64,000 bases of DNA from Candidatus Marinacidobacterales bacterium (GTDB taxonomy: Bacteria; Acidobacteriota; Vicinamibacteria; Marinacidobacterales; DATDRI01). Location: assembly GCA_965219415.1 (NCBI GenBank), contig CBDCNP010000002.1:2816001-2880000 (forward strand), read 5' to 3'. Within the stretch, counting starts at the first letter, position 1, and each line of letters starts with the position of its first letter. The notes beneath the pieces were generated by a model. That model was not told where the DNA came from. It saw nothing but the letters and a program-made list of their open reading frames with translations, and did no database searches. Made by a program: the position numbers and the translations under genes. This document shows positions 10,569-20,812 of this stretch, one piece after another.

Positions 10569-11674
10569 GCCGCCTCCTCCCTCGTACTTTCGTGGGCCAG
10601 TTCCACCAGGCGGTCGACGATCACGCCGGCCGCTTCCGGCCGCGCCAATTTTTTCGCGGCCGCCGCCATTCGTTGGCGACCAGCGCGATCTTCCAAGAGA
10701 TCGAGAATGGCGTGGGCCAGACTCTCGCCGGTGGGCCCTTCTTGTAGAACCATTCGGGCCGCGCCTGCTCGCGCCATGGCCTCGGCGTTCGCTCGCTGAT
10801 GGTCTCCGGCGAGCGGCAGGGGAACCAAGATCGCCCCCCGCCCTGCGGCGGCCAATTCCGCACACGTCGTCGCCCCCGCCCGAGACACGACCAAATCACA
10901 GTCTCCGTATTCCTTCGCCATCGCGTCCAAATAGGCTTCGACGCGAGCAGTCCATCCCTCTTCTTGGTAGGCCGTTCGTACCCACGCAAGCCCCGCCTCC
11001 CCGGTCTGATGCGTGATCCGCAACAGGTCCCGATGGGACCGAATGTGAGGGAGCGCTTCGATCATGGCGCGGTTGAGCGCGAGGGAGCCTTGGCTTCCTC
11101 CGAAGATCAACAGGTGCATCACTTCGCCTGGCGGACGCGAGCCGACACGCGTGATCTCCTCGCGAACGGGATTGCCAGAGACGAACCCCTTCCCGCGGAA
11201 AAAACGCCCGGTCTCATCCCAAGCGAGAGCGGCCGCGTCCACCCAAGGCGATAGCCATCGATTGGTCAACCCCGGCTCCGCATTCGGCTCCAGGATGAGT
11301 GTTGGCACTCCCGAAACCGCGGCGACCGCTAGTAGGGGGCCAGAAACGTATCCGCCTACCCCCATCACGACGTGAGGGTGGACGCGTCGGAGTAAGCGCA
11401 ATGATTCGAACATCGCTGGGCCAATCTGCAACAAACCCTTCAACTTTCGAAAGAGCGAGCCTCCGCGAAGCGGATCCACGTTCAATATCTCGAGCGCGTA
11501 GCCGGCTTGGGGAACCACCTTCCCCTCGAGTCCACGCCTCGTACCCGCGAAGATCACTTCCGACTCCGCATCCCGCTGCTTGAGCTCTCGAGCCACCGCA
11601 AGGGCCGGGTAGAGATGCCCCCCGGTTCCGCCTGCCGCCACCAACAACCGCAGGCCATTTCGGCTACTCGACAA
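10565..11674 (-). CDS. murG: Lipid II N-acetylglucosaminyltransferase
   Basis: [36 protein letters not shown]. Confidence 0.98.
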   Translation of the reverse strand: MSSSRNGLRLLVAAGGTGGHLYPALAVARELKQRDAESEVIFAGTRRGLEGKVVPQAGYALEILNVDPLRGGSLFRKLKGLLQIGPAMFESLRLLRRVHPHVVMGVGGYVSGPLLAVAAVSGVPTLILEPNAEPGLTNRWLSPWVDAAALAWDETGRFFRGKGFVSGNPVREEITRVGSRPPGEVMHLLIFGGSQGSLALNRAMIEALPHIRSHRDLLRITHQTGEAGLAWVRTAYQEEGWTARVEAYLDAMAKEYGDCDLVVSRAGATTCAELAAAGRGAILVPLPLAGDHQRANAEAMARAGAARMVLQEGPTGESLAHAILDLLEDRAGRQRMAAAAKKLARPEAAGVIVDRLVELAHESTREEAA

Positions 11675-11677
11675 CCT

Positions 11678-12769
11678 TTACCTCGCATGCTGGGAAATGC
11701 CCAGCAGCAGCCCGACTGCCGCCAACGATGTCACCAAGGAAGATCCACCCGCCGAAATAAAAGGCAGAGGTATTCCTGTGGTGGGAAGCATCCCCAAGGA
11801 CACTCCCATGTTCATGAGCGCTTGCCCCACGATCAGGGCGGTCAATCCGCTCGCCAACAGAGTTCCGAAAAGATCCGGTGCCCGGCGCGCGATGACGACA
11901 CCTCGCCACAGCAACACCACGAAGGCACCCAGTACCGCCACCGCCCCGATGAAACCCAACTCTTCACCGATCACCGAATAGATGAAGTCGGTATGCGGCT
12001 CGGGTAGATAGAACAGCTTCTGACGGCTCCGCATGAAACCAGCACCCAGAATACCGCCCGTGCCGACCGCAATGAGAGACTGGATGATTTGAAAACCCCG
12101 ACCCAACGGATCTTCGAATGGATCGATAAAAGTAAGCAGTCGCTCTCGACGATAGTCCACGCGGACGATCAAGAGGTACATCAGCGGCGCGACCGCCATA
12201 CCGAGTCCTGCCAGATAACGAAAGGGGGCTCCGGCCACGAAGAAAAGGCAGAAACTCACGAACGCCAGGCACGCGGCGGTGCCGAAGTCCGGTTCGATGA
12301 GAACCAGAAAGGCCAGAAACCCGGTAACGACCAAAGGAAGAAAGAGCCCGCCAAAGAAATCGTCGATCCGCTCGCGCTTCTGATCAAGTAGGTAGGCCAC
12401 CGTCAAAATCAGCGACAACTTCACCATCTCCGAAGGTTGAAACGAAAGCAAGCCAAAGCGAAGCCATCGGTGTGCGTTCTTGAGTGGCGGAGAAAAGAGC
12501 ACCGCAATGAGAAAACCCACGGTCAAGAGCAGAAAACCGTAAACCAGGAGCGGCTGCCGAAGCCGGCGGTAGTCCAACTTCATCAACACTGCCATGACCG
12601 CCAGCCCCAACGCCGCACAAATGAGCTGTTTGATGAGAAAGAAGTAGGAACCTCGATGCGCCGCGTCGGCAACGACCGCCGAGGCGCTGTAGAGCATGGC
12701 CAGACCGAACGACACCAATCCAATGGTGACGATGAATAGCGTTCGATCCGCTGAGAGTTTCTTGGCCAT
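11678..12769 (-). CDS. ftsW: Peptidoglycan polymerase FtsW (SEDS family)
   Basis: RW..G..SFQPSE, EPDFGT, LPEPHTDFI, PTTGIPLPFISAGGSS. Confidence 0.97.
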   Translation of the reverse strand: MAKKLSADRTLFIVTIGLVSFGLAMLYSASAVVADAAHRGSYFFLIKQLICAALGLAVMAVLMKLDYRRLRQPLLVYGFLLLTVGFLIAVLFSPPLKNAHRWLRFGLLSFQPSEMVKLSLILTVAYLLDQKRERIDDFFGGLFLPLVVTGFLAFLVLIEPDFGTAACLAFVSFCLFFVAGAPFRYLAGLGMAVAPLMYLLIVRVDYRRERLLTFIDPFEDPLGRGFQIIQSLIAVGTGGILGAGFMRSRQKLFYLPEPHTDFIYSVIGEELGFIGAVAVLGAFVVLLWRGVVIARRAPDLFGTLLASGLTALIVGQALMNMGVSLGMLPTTGIPLPFISAGGSSLVTSLAAVGLLLGISQHAR

Positions 12770-12770
12770 T

Positions 12771-12888
12771 AATTAGTGCTCGGTTTTTCTACTAGTGGCG
12801 CGGGGCCCCACCCCCAGGCTTGTCCCTCCGGCGGCTGCGCGCCTCCGCGACGGCTGAGGGCTCCCCGGCCGGAGGCCCTGACGGGCCG
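12771..12888. repeat. Modular GC-rich intergenic repeat, copy 1 (inside dcw, between murD and ftsW)
   Basis: ATTAGTG, GGGGCCCCACCCCC (12802-12815), GCTGAGGGCTCCCCGGC. Confidence 0.7.
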
Positions 12889-14304
12889 TCATTTACTCTT
12901 CCCCCTATCGGGGCGTTTCTTCTTCTTGAGCTTCTCTACTTCTTCTCTAAAGAGTCGGCCTCGCTCGGCGTAATCGGCGAACATATCGAAGCTCGCGCAG
13001 GCGGGAGAGAAGAGCACGGTATCTCCCGGCTCCGAGTGCTCGAAGGCTCGCTCCACTACCTCACGCAACTCGGTGCAAAGCACTACCGGGACTTTTGCAC
13101 CCAACACTCCCGCAATCTGCTCTTTCGCTTCGCCGAGAGCCAGCACTAGCTTGACCTTCCCCCCGACGTCGTCGAGCAACGCCTCGAAATCGGCACCCTT
13201 GGAACGTCCACCCAAAACCAAGATCACACCTTCGTCGAAACTCGCGATCGCGGCGTGCGCCGCCGCCACGTTGGTGGCTTTCGAGTCGTCGTAAAACGAA
13301 ACCCCTGCAATCTCGCCGACCCTCTCGAGGGCGTGCGGGATGCCCGGAAAGTTGGCCACCGCGTCCCTCACCGTTTCGGCCTGAACCCCGAGGGTTGCCA
13401 CCGCGGCGGCGGCCGCCATCACGTTCTCCACGTTGTGCTCGCCAGGGAGAGGAATGCTCTCCAGCGGTATCCACTCGCTGGTGAATGCGTCCTCGTGCCT
13501 TACGATCCACCCCTCCCTAACGCAGACGTGGGGCACCTTGTCGCCCATGCAATCGAGACTGTAATAGATTTTCTGCGATCGACTTCTAGAGCCCATATCC
13601 ATAGTCAGGCGATTGCCGCCGTAGATTACGGCCCAATCTTCCTGCTCCTGATTGGCGAAGATACGCTCCTTGGCCTCGCGGTACGCTTCGAAAGATGCGT
13701 GCCTGTCCAGATGGTCGGGCGTCACATTGAGAAGTACCGCGACACTTGGACGAAAGCTCTCTGTCATTTCTAGCTGAAAGCTCGAGACCTCTACCACTAC
13801 GGATGAATCTTTTTTCGCCTTTTCCACTAGACTGATGAGCGGCTGCCCGATGTTTCCGCCCAACACGACCGGCCGGCCGTCTCGCTTCAAAATGTCCGCA
13901 ATGAGCGTGGCGGTGGTCGACTTGCCCTTGGTGCCGGTCACCGCCACCACCCGTCCTTCGATCTCTCGAATAGCCAGCTCCAACTCTCCCCAAATGGGCA
14001 CTCCCTGCTCTCTTGCTTCCTTCAACGGGTCGACATCCGCGGGAACACCGGGACTGAGAACGACCAAATCGATATCTCTCACCAGGCCTGCGGGATGAGA
14101 GCCGGTGACCAGATCGACACCCAGCTCGGCGAGCTCCGCCACTCGCGGGGATAGCTCCTCCATAGGCTTCCGATCGTTTGCCCGTACTTGAGCACCGTGA
14201 CGGAGGAGAAAATCCACCGCCGCGAGCCCGCTGCGGGCGAGTCCGATGACGAGCACGCGGCGTCCCCGATAGCGCCCTCCCCCTATTTTTTCTGTGCTGT
14301 CCAC
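12889..14304 (-). CDS. murD: UDP-N-acetylmuramoyl-L-alanine--D-glutamate ligase
   Basis: GLARSG, SPGVP, GTKGKSTT, EVSSFQLE, DHLDRH, DSKATN, SPACASFD. Confidence 0.98.
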   Translation of the reverse strand: MDSTEKIGGGRYRGRRVLVIGLARSGLAAVDFLLRHGAQVRANDRKPMEELSPRVAELAELGVDLVTGSHPAGLVRDIDLVVLSPGVPADVDPLKEAREQGVPIWGELELAIREIEGRVVAVTGTKGKSTTATLIADILKRDGRPVVLGGNIGQPLISLVEKAKKDSSVVVEVSSFQLEMTESFRPSVAVLLNVTPDHLDRHASFEAYREAKERIFANQEQEDWAVIYGGNRLTMDMGSRSRSQKIYYSLDCMGDKVPHVCVREGWIVRHEDAFTSEWIPLESIPLPGEHNVENVMAAAAAVATLGVQAETVRDAVANFPGIPHALERVGEIAGVSFYDDSKATNVAAAHAAIASFDEGVILVLGGRSKGADFEALLDDVGGKVKLVLALGEAKEQIAGVLGAKVPVVLCTELREVVERAFEHSEPGDTVLFSPACASFDMFADYAERGRLFREEVEKLKKKKRPDRGKSK

Positions 14305-14308
14305 GCAT

Positions 14309-15394
14309 CTACCGAATCTTCAAAGTCGTTAGGCTGGCCAACGCGAAAATGATCGCAACGATCCAAAACCGGATGATGATCTTCGGCTCCTTCCACCCCA
14401 TGAGCTCGAAGTGATGGTGCAAAGGCGCCATACGAAATACCCGCTTGCCGGTCAACTGAAACGACGTCACTTGGAGGATCACCGATAGCGTCTCGACCAC
14501 GAACAATCCCCCCACCAGAATCAACAAAAGTTCTTGTTTGATCAGCAGGGCCACAGTTCCGATCGCCCCACCCAAGGCCAGCGAGCCCACGTCACCCATA
14601 AACACCTGCGCCGGGTAGCAGTTGAACCACAAGAACCCGAGGCTCGCCCCGATCATCGCCCCGCCGAAGATGGTGAGCTCCCAAATTCGCGGGATATGAA
14701 TCAAATCTAGGTAGGCCGAGAACTGGGCGTGACCGGTCACGTAGGTCAACGTGGTGTAGGTGGCCGCTGCGATCAAGACGCTTCCGACCGCCAACCCGTC
14801 GAGACCGTCGGTGAAATTGACGGCATTGGAAGCCGCTACGAGTACCAAAACGGCGAACGGCACGAATGCCCAGGACAGGTCGGGCCTCACGTCCTTGAAG
14901 AAGGGAAACAACAACTCCGTGCTGTAAGAGCCTCGATAGGAAAGCTGCAACAAATAGCCCGCTAGCGCAAGAGCCACCGCGACCTGCAATACGAGCTTCC
15001 ATCGTGCGGCCAGCCCACGGGATCGTTTGCGGCGAAGCTTTAGGAGGTCGTCCGCTAGACCGATCGTGGCGTAACCGACTGTCGTCGCCAAGGCGATCCA
15101 GACGAAGGTGTTTCTGAGATCCGCCCATAGAAGCGTTGGGATCACGATCGCGGACAGGATCAGCAGACCTCCCATCGTGGGAGTGCCCGCCTTGACCTGG
15201 TGGTGTTCCGGCCCTTCCTCCCGAATGCGTTCACCGATCTGAAAGTGCCCCAACCGCCTGATGAGCCATGGCCCCATCAGAAAACTGATGAGAAGCGCAG
15301 TCAACGTGGCACACGCAGTGCGGAACGTCACATACCGGAATACGTTGAAGACGCTGTACTCGGTGTGGAGCGGATAGAGGAAATGAAAGAGCAT
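14309..15394 (-). CDS. mraY: Phospho-N-acetylmuramoyl-pentapeptide transferase
   Basis: KAGTPTMGG, NAVNFTDGLDGL, FMGDVGS, MAPLHHHFE. Confidence 0.99.
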   Translation of the reverse strand: MLFHFLYPLHTEYSVFNVFRYVTFRTACATLTALLISFLMGPWLIRRLGHFQIGERIREEGPEHHQVKAGTPTMGGLLILSAIVIPTLLWADLRNTFVWIALATTVGYATIGLADDLLKLRRKRSRGLAARWKLVLQVAVALALAGYLLQLSYRGSYSTELLFPFFKDVRPDLSWAFVPFAVLVLVAASNAVNFTDGLDGLAVGSVLIAAATYTTLTYVTGHAQFSAYLDLIHIPRIWELTIFGGAMIGASLGFLWFNCYPAQVFMGDVGSLALGGAIGTVALLIKQELLLILVGGLFVVETLSVILQVTSFQLTGKRVFRMAPLHHHFELMGWKEPKIIIRFWIVAIIFALASLTTLKIR

Positions 15395-16809
15395 CAGACC
15401 GACTCCGCCGGATATCGCTTTCGCAGTGCTGTGATGGCTTCCTCGAGAGCCACCCCGCGCGACGCTTTGAACAAGACCGCGTCCTCACGAGAAGCCAGGT
15501 CGGCCAGAAGCTCGCCGGCTTCCAGGGCATCGCCAGCGGTGAAAAGAGCGTCCTCCAGCATACCGGCGCGCCGCGCGCCTTCGACGAGGGTCGCCCCCAG
15601 CGGACCGACACCAATGAGGAGAGACACGTTGCTTTCGGCGACATAGCGACCGCAGTCAAGATGGAGCGCCTCGGTGCGATCCCCGAGCTCGAGCATGTCC
15701 CCGAGTACCGCGATGTGTCGCGAAGCCTTTTCCTCCATCAAAGAAGCGAGTGCCGCCTCCACCGCTACAGGATTCGAGTTGTAGGTTTCGTCGATGACGA
15801 GAGGCCCGTCTCCAAAGTGGATTCGCTCACCTCGACGCGCTGGCGGCTGTAGATTCCGCAGTTTCTCTGCCGCCTCCTCCAATGACAATCCAAGTGCCCA
15901 GGAAGCGGCAAGCGCGGCGAGCAAATTGTAGACGTTGTGCTTTCCGAAAAGGGGAGCCACCACGTTCGTTCGTTGCTTGGGATATTCACCCACCGGATCC
16001 TCGAGCTCGGCGATGAACTTCATGCCATTCGACGTTCGAACGAGCTCCCGGGCACGTAGCTCGGCTTTTGCTCCGATTCCGAAACTAATCTGTCTTCCAG
16101 AGAACCGGCGAGCTTCTTCGAGGACCAACGGATCGTCGGCGTTTACTACGGCCACCGCCTCTCCGGCGAGACCATCGAAGAGTTCTCCCTTCGCCCTAGC
16201 GATAGCTTCGAGAGAAGGAAAGAACTCGCGGTGAACCTCTGCCACGTTCAACAGCACTCCCACATCCGGTCTGGCGATCTCGGTGAGGCTTGCGATCTCG
16301 CCTGGCGCTGACATTCCCATTTCCAAAACTGCCACTTCTTCTCTATTCAACTTCAGAATCGAGAGCGGAAGACCGTACAAGTTATTCAGATTCCCCGCCG
16401 ACTTCAGCACTCGAAATCGGGCTCCCAGAGCGGCGGCGGTCGCTTCTTTGGCTGTCGTTTTGCCCACGCTTCCAGTGATGGCGACCACCTTGACCCCCGC
16501 CGACTGACGCACCGCCTTGGCCAAAACTTGGAGCGCGGCAGCGGTGTCCTCGACGCGAATCTCAATTCCCGTTTCGCTTCCCTCACCCACCCTTCGTGGC
16601 TTCGACACCACCGCACCCACCGCGCCCCGCTCGAGAGCTTGGCGGACGAACTGATGCCCATCGAAATGCGGGCCCACGATGGCGAAGAACAGATCGCCTC
16701 GCTCGACCGTTCGCGAGTCGATGGAGATCGACTCGATTCGAGTCTCTGCCGAACCGGACGTAAGCTTTCCTCCCAAGTACGAAACCACTTGTCCTGCCGT
16801 TAGATTCAA
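15394..16809 (-). CDS. murF: UDP-N-acetylmuramoyl-tripeptide--D-Ala-D-Ala ligase
   Basis: DSR, GSVGKTTAKE, NLNNLYGLP, EMGMS, YNSNP, GDMLELG, KASRG. Confidence 0.97.
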   Translation of the reverse strand: MNLTAGQVVSYLGGKLTSGSAETRIESISIDSRTVERGDLFFAIVGPHFDGHQFVRQALERGAVGAVVSKPRRVGEGSETGIEIRVEDTAAALQVLAKAVRQSAGVKVVAITGSVGKTTAKEATAAALGARFRVLKSAGNLNNLYGLPLSILKLNREEVAVLEMGMSAPGEIASLTEIARPDVGVLLNVAEVHREFFPSLEAIARAKGELFDGLAGEAVAVVNADDPLVLEEARRFSGRQISFGIGAKAELRARELVRTSNGMKFIAELEDPVGEYPKQRTNVVAPLFGKHNVYNLLAALAASWALGLSLEEAAEKLRNLQPPARRGERIHFGDGPLVIDETYNSNPVAVEAALASLMEEKASRHIAVLGDMLELGDRTEALHLDCGRYVAESNVSLLIGVGPLGATLVEGARRAGMLEDALFTAGDALEAGELLADLASREDAVLFKASRGVALEEAITALRKRYPAESV

Positions 16810-16819
16810 TAAGCTGCCT

Positions 16820-16947
16820 TAATACGCCTCATGCTTCGCTAACTTCACTCAGTCGCGCCCTCGCTCCTCGCTCGGCCGCTAGCCGCTCCGCCGACTTCGC
16901 GGCTGCGCGGCAGCTGAAGGCTCTCTGGCCGACGGGCCTCCGGCCCG
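16820..16947. repeat. Modular intergenic repeat, copy 2 (between murE and murF)
   Basis: GCCTCATGCTTCG and AGTCGCGCCCTCGCTCCTC are shared in reverse with 22467-22525; also CTCGCTCCTCGCTCGGC and GCTGAAGGCTC. Confidence 0.65.
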
Positions 16948-18432
16948 TTAGTGGCTATTCAACGGCTGCATACGTCGAGTCAAGATCTCCCGTACCACCT
17001 GTCTGTCGTCGAACGGAATCATGCGTTCGCCGATAACCTGATAGGGTTCATGTCCCTTTCCCGCCACCAAGACCACATCCTCCGGCTCACTCAAAGAGAG
17101 AGCGAGCGCGATGGCCTTGCGGCGATCGGGCTCCACCCTGACCTCTGCCTGACACTGGGGTCCCTTGGTGCCCAGCTCGATCTCTCGAATAATGGCATCC
17201 GGGTCTTCGCTTCTCGGATTGTCGGAAGTCAAAACAACTAGATCCGAGAGGCGCGCGGCAACTGCCCCCATCAACGGCCGCTTCGAGCGATCGCGATCGC
17301 CGCCGCACCCGAAGACCGTTCGGACTTTGGAGTGTGGCAGGGCCCGGGTCGTCTCTAAGATGTTGCGCAAGGCGTCATCGGTATGGGCATAGTCCACGAC
17401 GACGTGAAAAGCCTGCCCGGCTTCGATCTTCTCGTAACGCCCTGGTACGCCCTCGATTTGGGCCAGCGCCTTCAAAATATCGGTCGCGTCGAGACCCAAT
17501 GCTATGGCCGCCCCGTAGGCGGCCAAGAGGTTCAACACATTGTGACGGCCCACCAACTGGCTCTCGATCTCTCGCGCGGTTCCGCGGTCATTGAATCGGA
17601 GACGAAGTCCGTCGAAGTCCGCTTCTACGGTTTCGACACGCAGATCGGCCTCGGCTACATAGCCGTAGGTGAGGGTCGAGCGATGGTTGAGAGACTCGAC
17701 CAAACGGCGGCCATAGCCATCATCGAGCCCTACCACCGCGGTCCCCGCCGGTCGAAGATGGTGCTCGAAGAGCGTTCGTTTGGCTGCGAAGTAGTCTTCC
17801 ATGTCGCGGTGAAAGTCGAGGTGATCTCGGCTCAAGTTCGTGAAGACCGCACACTCGAACTCGGTACCTTCTAGACGCCAGAGCGCCAACCCGTGCGAGG
17901 AGACCTCCAGGACTCCGAAACGGCAACCCTCTTCAACGGAGCTCCTCAGAAAAGACTGGAGCTCAGGGGATTCGGGAGTGGTGTGTCGAGCCGGCTTGCT
18001 CACCGAGCCCACCCTGTGCACGACCGTTCCCATCATCGCCGACGGGGGGGCTAAACTCTGAAAGACGACATCCAACAAAAAAGCGGTCGTGGTCTTGCCG
18101 TTCGTACCGGTCACGCCAACTAGGTTCAGCTGCCGCGATGGTTGGCCGAGGAAACTCGCCGCCAGCAAACCTGCCGCGCGGCGGGCGTCAGAAGTGCGCA
18201 CCCACACGAGCCCATCCTGTCCCGGGGTGTTCTCACTGACCACCGCGATCGCGCCTCGCTTGATTGCGTCACCGATGTAACGATGGCCATCGGTCGTCTG
18301 ACCAGCGATTGCAACGAAGACGAAGCCCGGCTCGACGGCCCGCGAGTCGACGGTCACACCTTTGACGTCAGACGTGACGGTCCCCCGCAACTCCTCGACA
18401 GGAATGTTCGACAGAAGATCCCCCAGGGTCAT
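16948..18432 (-). CDS. murE: UDP-N-acetylmuramoyl-dipeptide--meso-DAP ligase
   Basis: GTNGKTTT, TTPE, EVSSH, DHLDFH, DYAHT, DNPR (DAP-type), AGKGHE. ATG 18432 overlaps the ftsI stop. Confidence 0.98.
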   Translation of the reverse strand: MTLGDLLSNIPVEELRGTVTSDVKGVTVDSRAVEPGFVFVAIAGQTTDGHRYIGDAIKRGAIAVVSENTPGQDGLVWVRTSDARRAAGLLAASFLGQPSRQLNLVGVTGTNGKTTTAFLLDVVFQSLAPPSAMMGTVVHRVGSVSKPARHTTPESPELQSFLRSSVEEGCRFGVLEVSSHGLALWRLEGTEFECAVFTNLSRDHLDFHRDMEDYFAAKRTLFEHHLRPAGTAVVGLDDGYGRRLVESLNHRSTLTYGYVAEADLRVETVEADFDGLRLRFNDRGTAREIESQLVGRHNVLNLLAAYGAAIALGLDATDILKALAQIEGVPGRYEKIEAGQAFHVVVDYAHTDDALRNILETTRALPHSKVRTVFGCGGDRDRSKRPLMGAVAARLSDLVVLTSDNPRSEDPDAIIREIELGTKGPQCQAEVRVEPDRRKAIALALSLSEPEDVVLVAGKGHEPYQVIGERMIPFDDRQVVREILTRRMQPLNSH

Positions 18433-20435
18433 TGGTTGCGGCCTCCAAGAAACACCAGACACCGTGAGCCGGGGTCCATCGGCGATCCGGCCGGAGGATC
18501 CTGATCGATGACCCACCCCGAGCCCATGAGAGCGGGAGACAAATTGGCGGCGATCAGGCGAGCCACCGCGTCGCGCGCCGGAAGTCCCGCCAGGGAGGGC
18601 ATTCTTATCGTGGCCGACACCCGGGGTCCAAACGCTGCACGAGCCACCGGGATGGAACGCGCCCCCGACCCGCCGTTTGTTTTTTCCAGTCGTTCCTGCC
18701 GCGGCCAACGCGAGGCCAATTTGATGGAACGAGCACCCTCCTCCTCCCTCGGCACATCCGGCGGAACACCCAAGTAACGGAGGCTTCTCTCCACGATGCG
18801 CGCAAAGACGCCCGCGGCGCGGCTCCCTGAATGATCTCCGGTTGGCGAGTCCAGCAAAACGAGGGCGGTGAGTTCGGGAGCGCCAGCCGGAGCGAACCCA
18901 ACAAAGGAGGCGACAAAATCCGTCTTCGAATAGCCTCCTTCCGGCGCGGCTTTCTGAGCGGTTCCCGTCTTTCCCGCCACGGTGTAGCCGGGAACAGCGG
19001 CGCGCCTGCCGGTGCCTCGCTCGACCGCCCCGACCAAGATGTCGCTGAGTCGAGCCGCGGTCTCCATGCTGACGACCCGGCGCACCGGCAAAGGAGCTGC
19101 GCTAGTCAGGGCTTCGTTGCGAGGCGAGCGGATCTCCTTGACCAAAATAGGGCGCATCAAGTAGCCGGAGGCGGCAACCGCGTTGACCGCAGTCACCATC
19201 TGAAGCGGCGTCACCGCGATCTCCTGCCCGAACGAGATGGCTGCGACTGTGACCGGCCACCACTCCGAGACGTCGCGAAGAATTCCCCGGCTCTCCGCTG
19301 AAAGCCCAACCCCTGTCGGTTCGCCGAAGCCGAAGGCTCGCACATACGCCTCGAGTCGCTCCCGCCCCAAGCGCTGGCCGATCCGAATCATCCCGACGTT
19401 GCTCGACCGTTCGAGGACCTCACGGAAAGTGAGAACGTCGAACACCTGATGGTCGCGAATGAGGCGTTCGCCGATCTCGATCGATCCCCGCCCACAGTCG
19501 ATCCGTTCGTCCTCGGTCACCACGCCTTCTTCGAGGGCGGCAGCGGCAGTGATGATCTTGAACGTAGACCCGGGCTCATAGGCGTCGGTCACCGAGCGAT
19601 TGCGCCAAGTGCTCGGATGAAAATCCCCGTAGCGGTTCGGATTGAATCCCGGCACTGCGGCCATGGCTAGGATCTCACCGGTCTCGGGACGCAACAGAAT
19701 AGCCAACCCACCCTTTGACCCACTTTCATCGACCGCTGCCTCCAATTCGGTCTCGGCCACGTACTGGAGCGTTTCATTGATGGTCAGATAAATGTTTCGA
19801 CCCGGCTGGGGGAGCTTCTCCACACGGCTGGCGGCGGGCCGGTTTCGGGCGTCGCTCCAAATGATTTGCCGTCCGTCCTCTCCCCGAATCTCCTTCTCGA
19901 AAGCGTACTCGACGCCGCTCATGCCTTCGTTGTCCATTCCCACATAACCCAAAACGTGGGCCGCAAGACGGCGTTTCGGATAGAAGCGACGGGTCTCGGG
20001 AAGGAAGTGCACACCTGAGAGACCGAGTCCACGAACGCAGTCGGCGGTGGCGGGATCCACTTTTCGATCGACCCAGAGGAAACTCTTGTCGCTCGCCAGA
20101 CGCGCGGATAGCTCTCCGATGTCCAGGCTCAAGCAGCTGCCTAATCGGTTCGCGGTAGCACCGGGATCTTCGATCGCTCGTGGTACCGCATAAACCGACT
20201 CCACATCCACACTCACGGCGAGTAGCCGCACATTGCGGTCGTAGATCGTTCCCCGCGTGGGATCGATCTTCATCGTGTGTTGCTGCTGAATCTCGGCTCG
20301 CTCCTGAAGACTATGGCGCGCATAAATCTGCAAATACGCCAACCGACCGACCAGCCCACTCACCCAAAGCGTGCTCAATAGAGCGAGCAACGTGACTCTG
20401 AAGCGAGCGCGGGCCAAATTGCGGTTACGGTCCAC
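18429..20435 (-). CDS. ftsI: Division transpeptidase PBP3 with C-terminal PASTA domain
   Basis: RGTIYDRN, EPGSTFK (SxxK), SSN, KTGT; PASTA-like end (MPSLAGL...QDPPAG). Confidence 0.95.
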   Translation of the reverse strand: MDRNRNLARARFRVTLLALLSTLWVSGLVGRLAYLQIYARHSLQERAEIQQQHTMKIDPTRGTIYDRNVRLLAVSVDVESVYAVPRAIEDPGATANRLGSCLSLDIGELSARLASDKSFLWVDRKVDPATADCVRGLGLSGVHFLPETRRFYPKRRLAAHVLGYVGMDNEGMSGVEYAFEKEIRGEDGRQIIWSDARNRPAASRVEKLPQPGRNIYLTINETLQYVAETELEAAVDESGSKGGLAILLRPETGEILAMAAVPGFNPNRYGDFHPSTWRNRSVTDAYEPGSTFKIITAAAALEEGVVTEDERIDCGRGSIEIGERLIRDHQVFDVLTFREVLERSSNVGMIRIGQRLGRERLEAYVRAFGFGEPTGVGLSAESRGILRDVSEWWPVTVAAISFGQEIAVTPLQMVTAVNAVAASGYLMRPILVKEIRSPRNEALTSAAPLPVRRVVSMETAARLSDILVGAVERGTGRRAAVPGYTVAGKTGTAQKAAPEGGYSKTDFVASFVGFAPAGAPELTALVLLDSPTGDHSGSRAAGVFARIVERSLRYLGVPPDVPREEEGARSIKLASRWPRQERLEKTNGGSGARSIPVARAAFGPRVSATIRMPSLAGLPARDAVARLIAANLSPALMGSGWVIDQDPPAGSPMDPGSRCLVFLGGRNQ

Positions 20436-20437
20436 TC

Positions 20438-20812
20438 CTACTCCTCGGGCGTACTCTCTTCTCGGACACGGTAAGGCTCGATGACCACAACTTGGTTGTC
20501 GGATGGCGGTACCATCCTCAAGTCGCGAGTCGCGATGGTCTCGATGCGATCCGGTGAGACCAGCGACGCCCTCTCGAGCGAGAGTTGTCGTTGAATCTTG
20601 ACGAGGTACTCCCGCTCACGCTTCTGCTCTTCCATCCGGTAGCCGTTTCGAATCATTTCGAAATGCTGCCAACCGTATGCCAGGACGGCGGCGGCCAAGA
20701 AGAGTCCGGTGATCGTGACCATTACGAGTTGTTTGTTGCGTTCCCGGTCGACCTGCCGCACCAACTGTTCGTTGGCTACTCGCCTACTGACTTGATAGCG
20801 ACGATTAGTCAT
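20438..20812 (-). CDS. ftsL: Cell division protein FtsL
   Basis: Single TM helix, coiled coil, RIETIATRDLRM; lies between rsmH and ftsI; ATG 20812. Confidence 0.88.
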   Translation of the reverse strand: MTNRRYQVSRRVANEQLVRQVDRERNKQLVMVTITGLFLAAAVLAYGWQHFEMIRNGYRMEEQKREREYLVKIQRQLSLERASLVSPDRIETIATRDLRMVPPSDNQVVVIEPYRVREESTPEE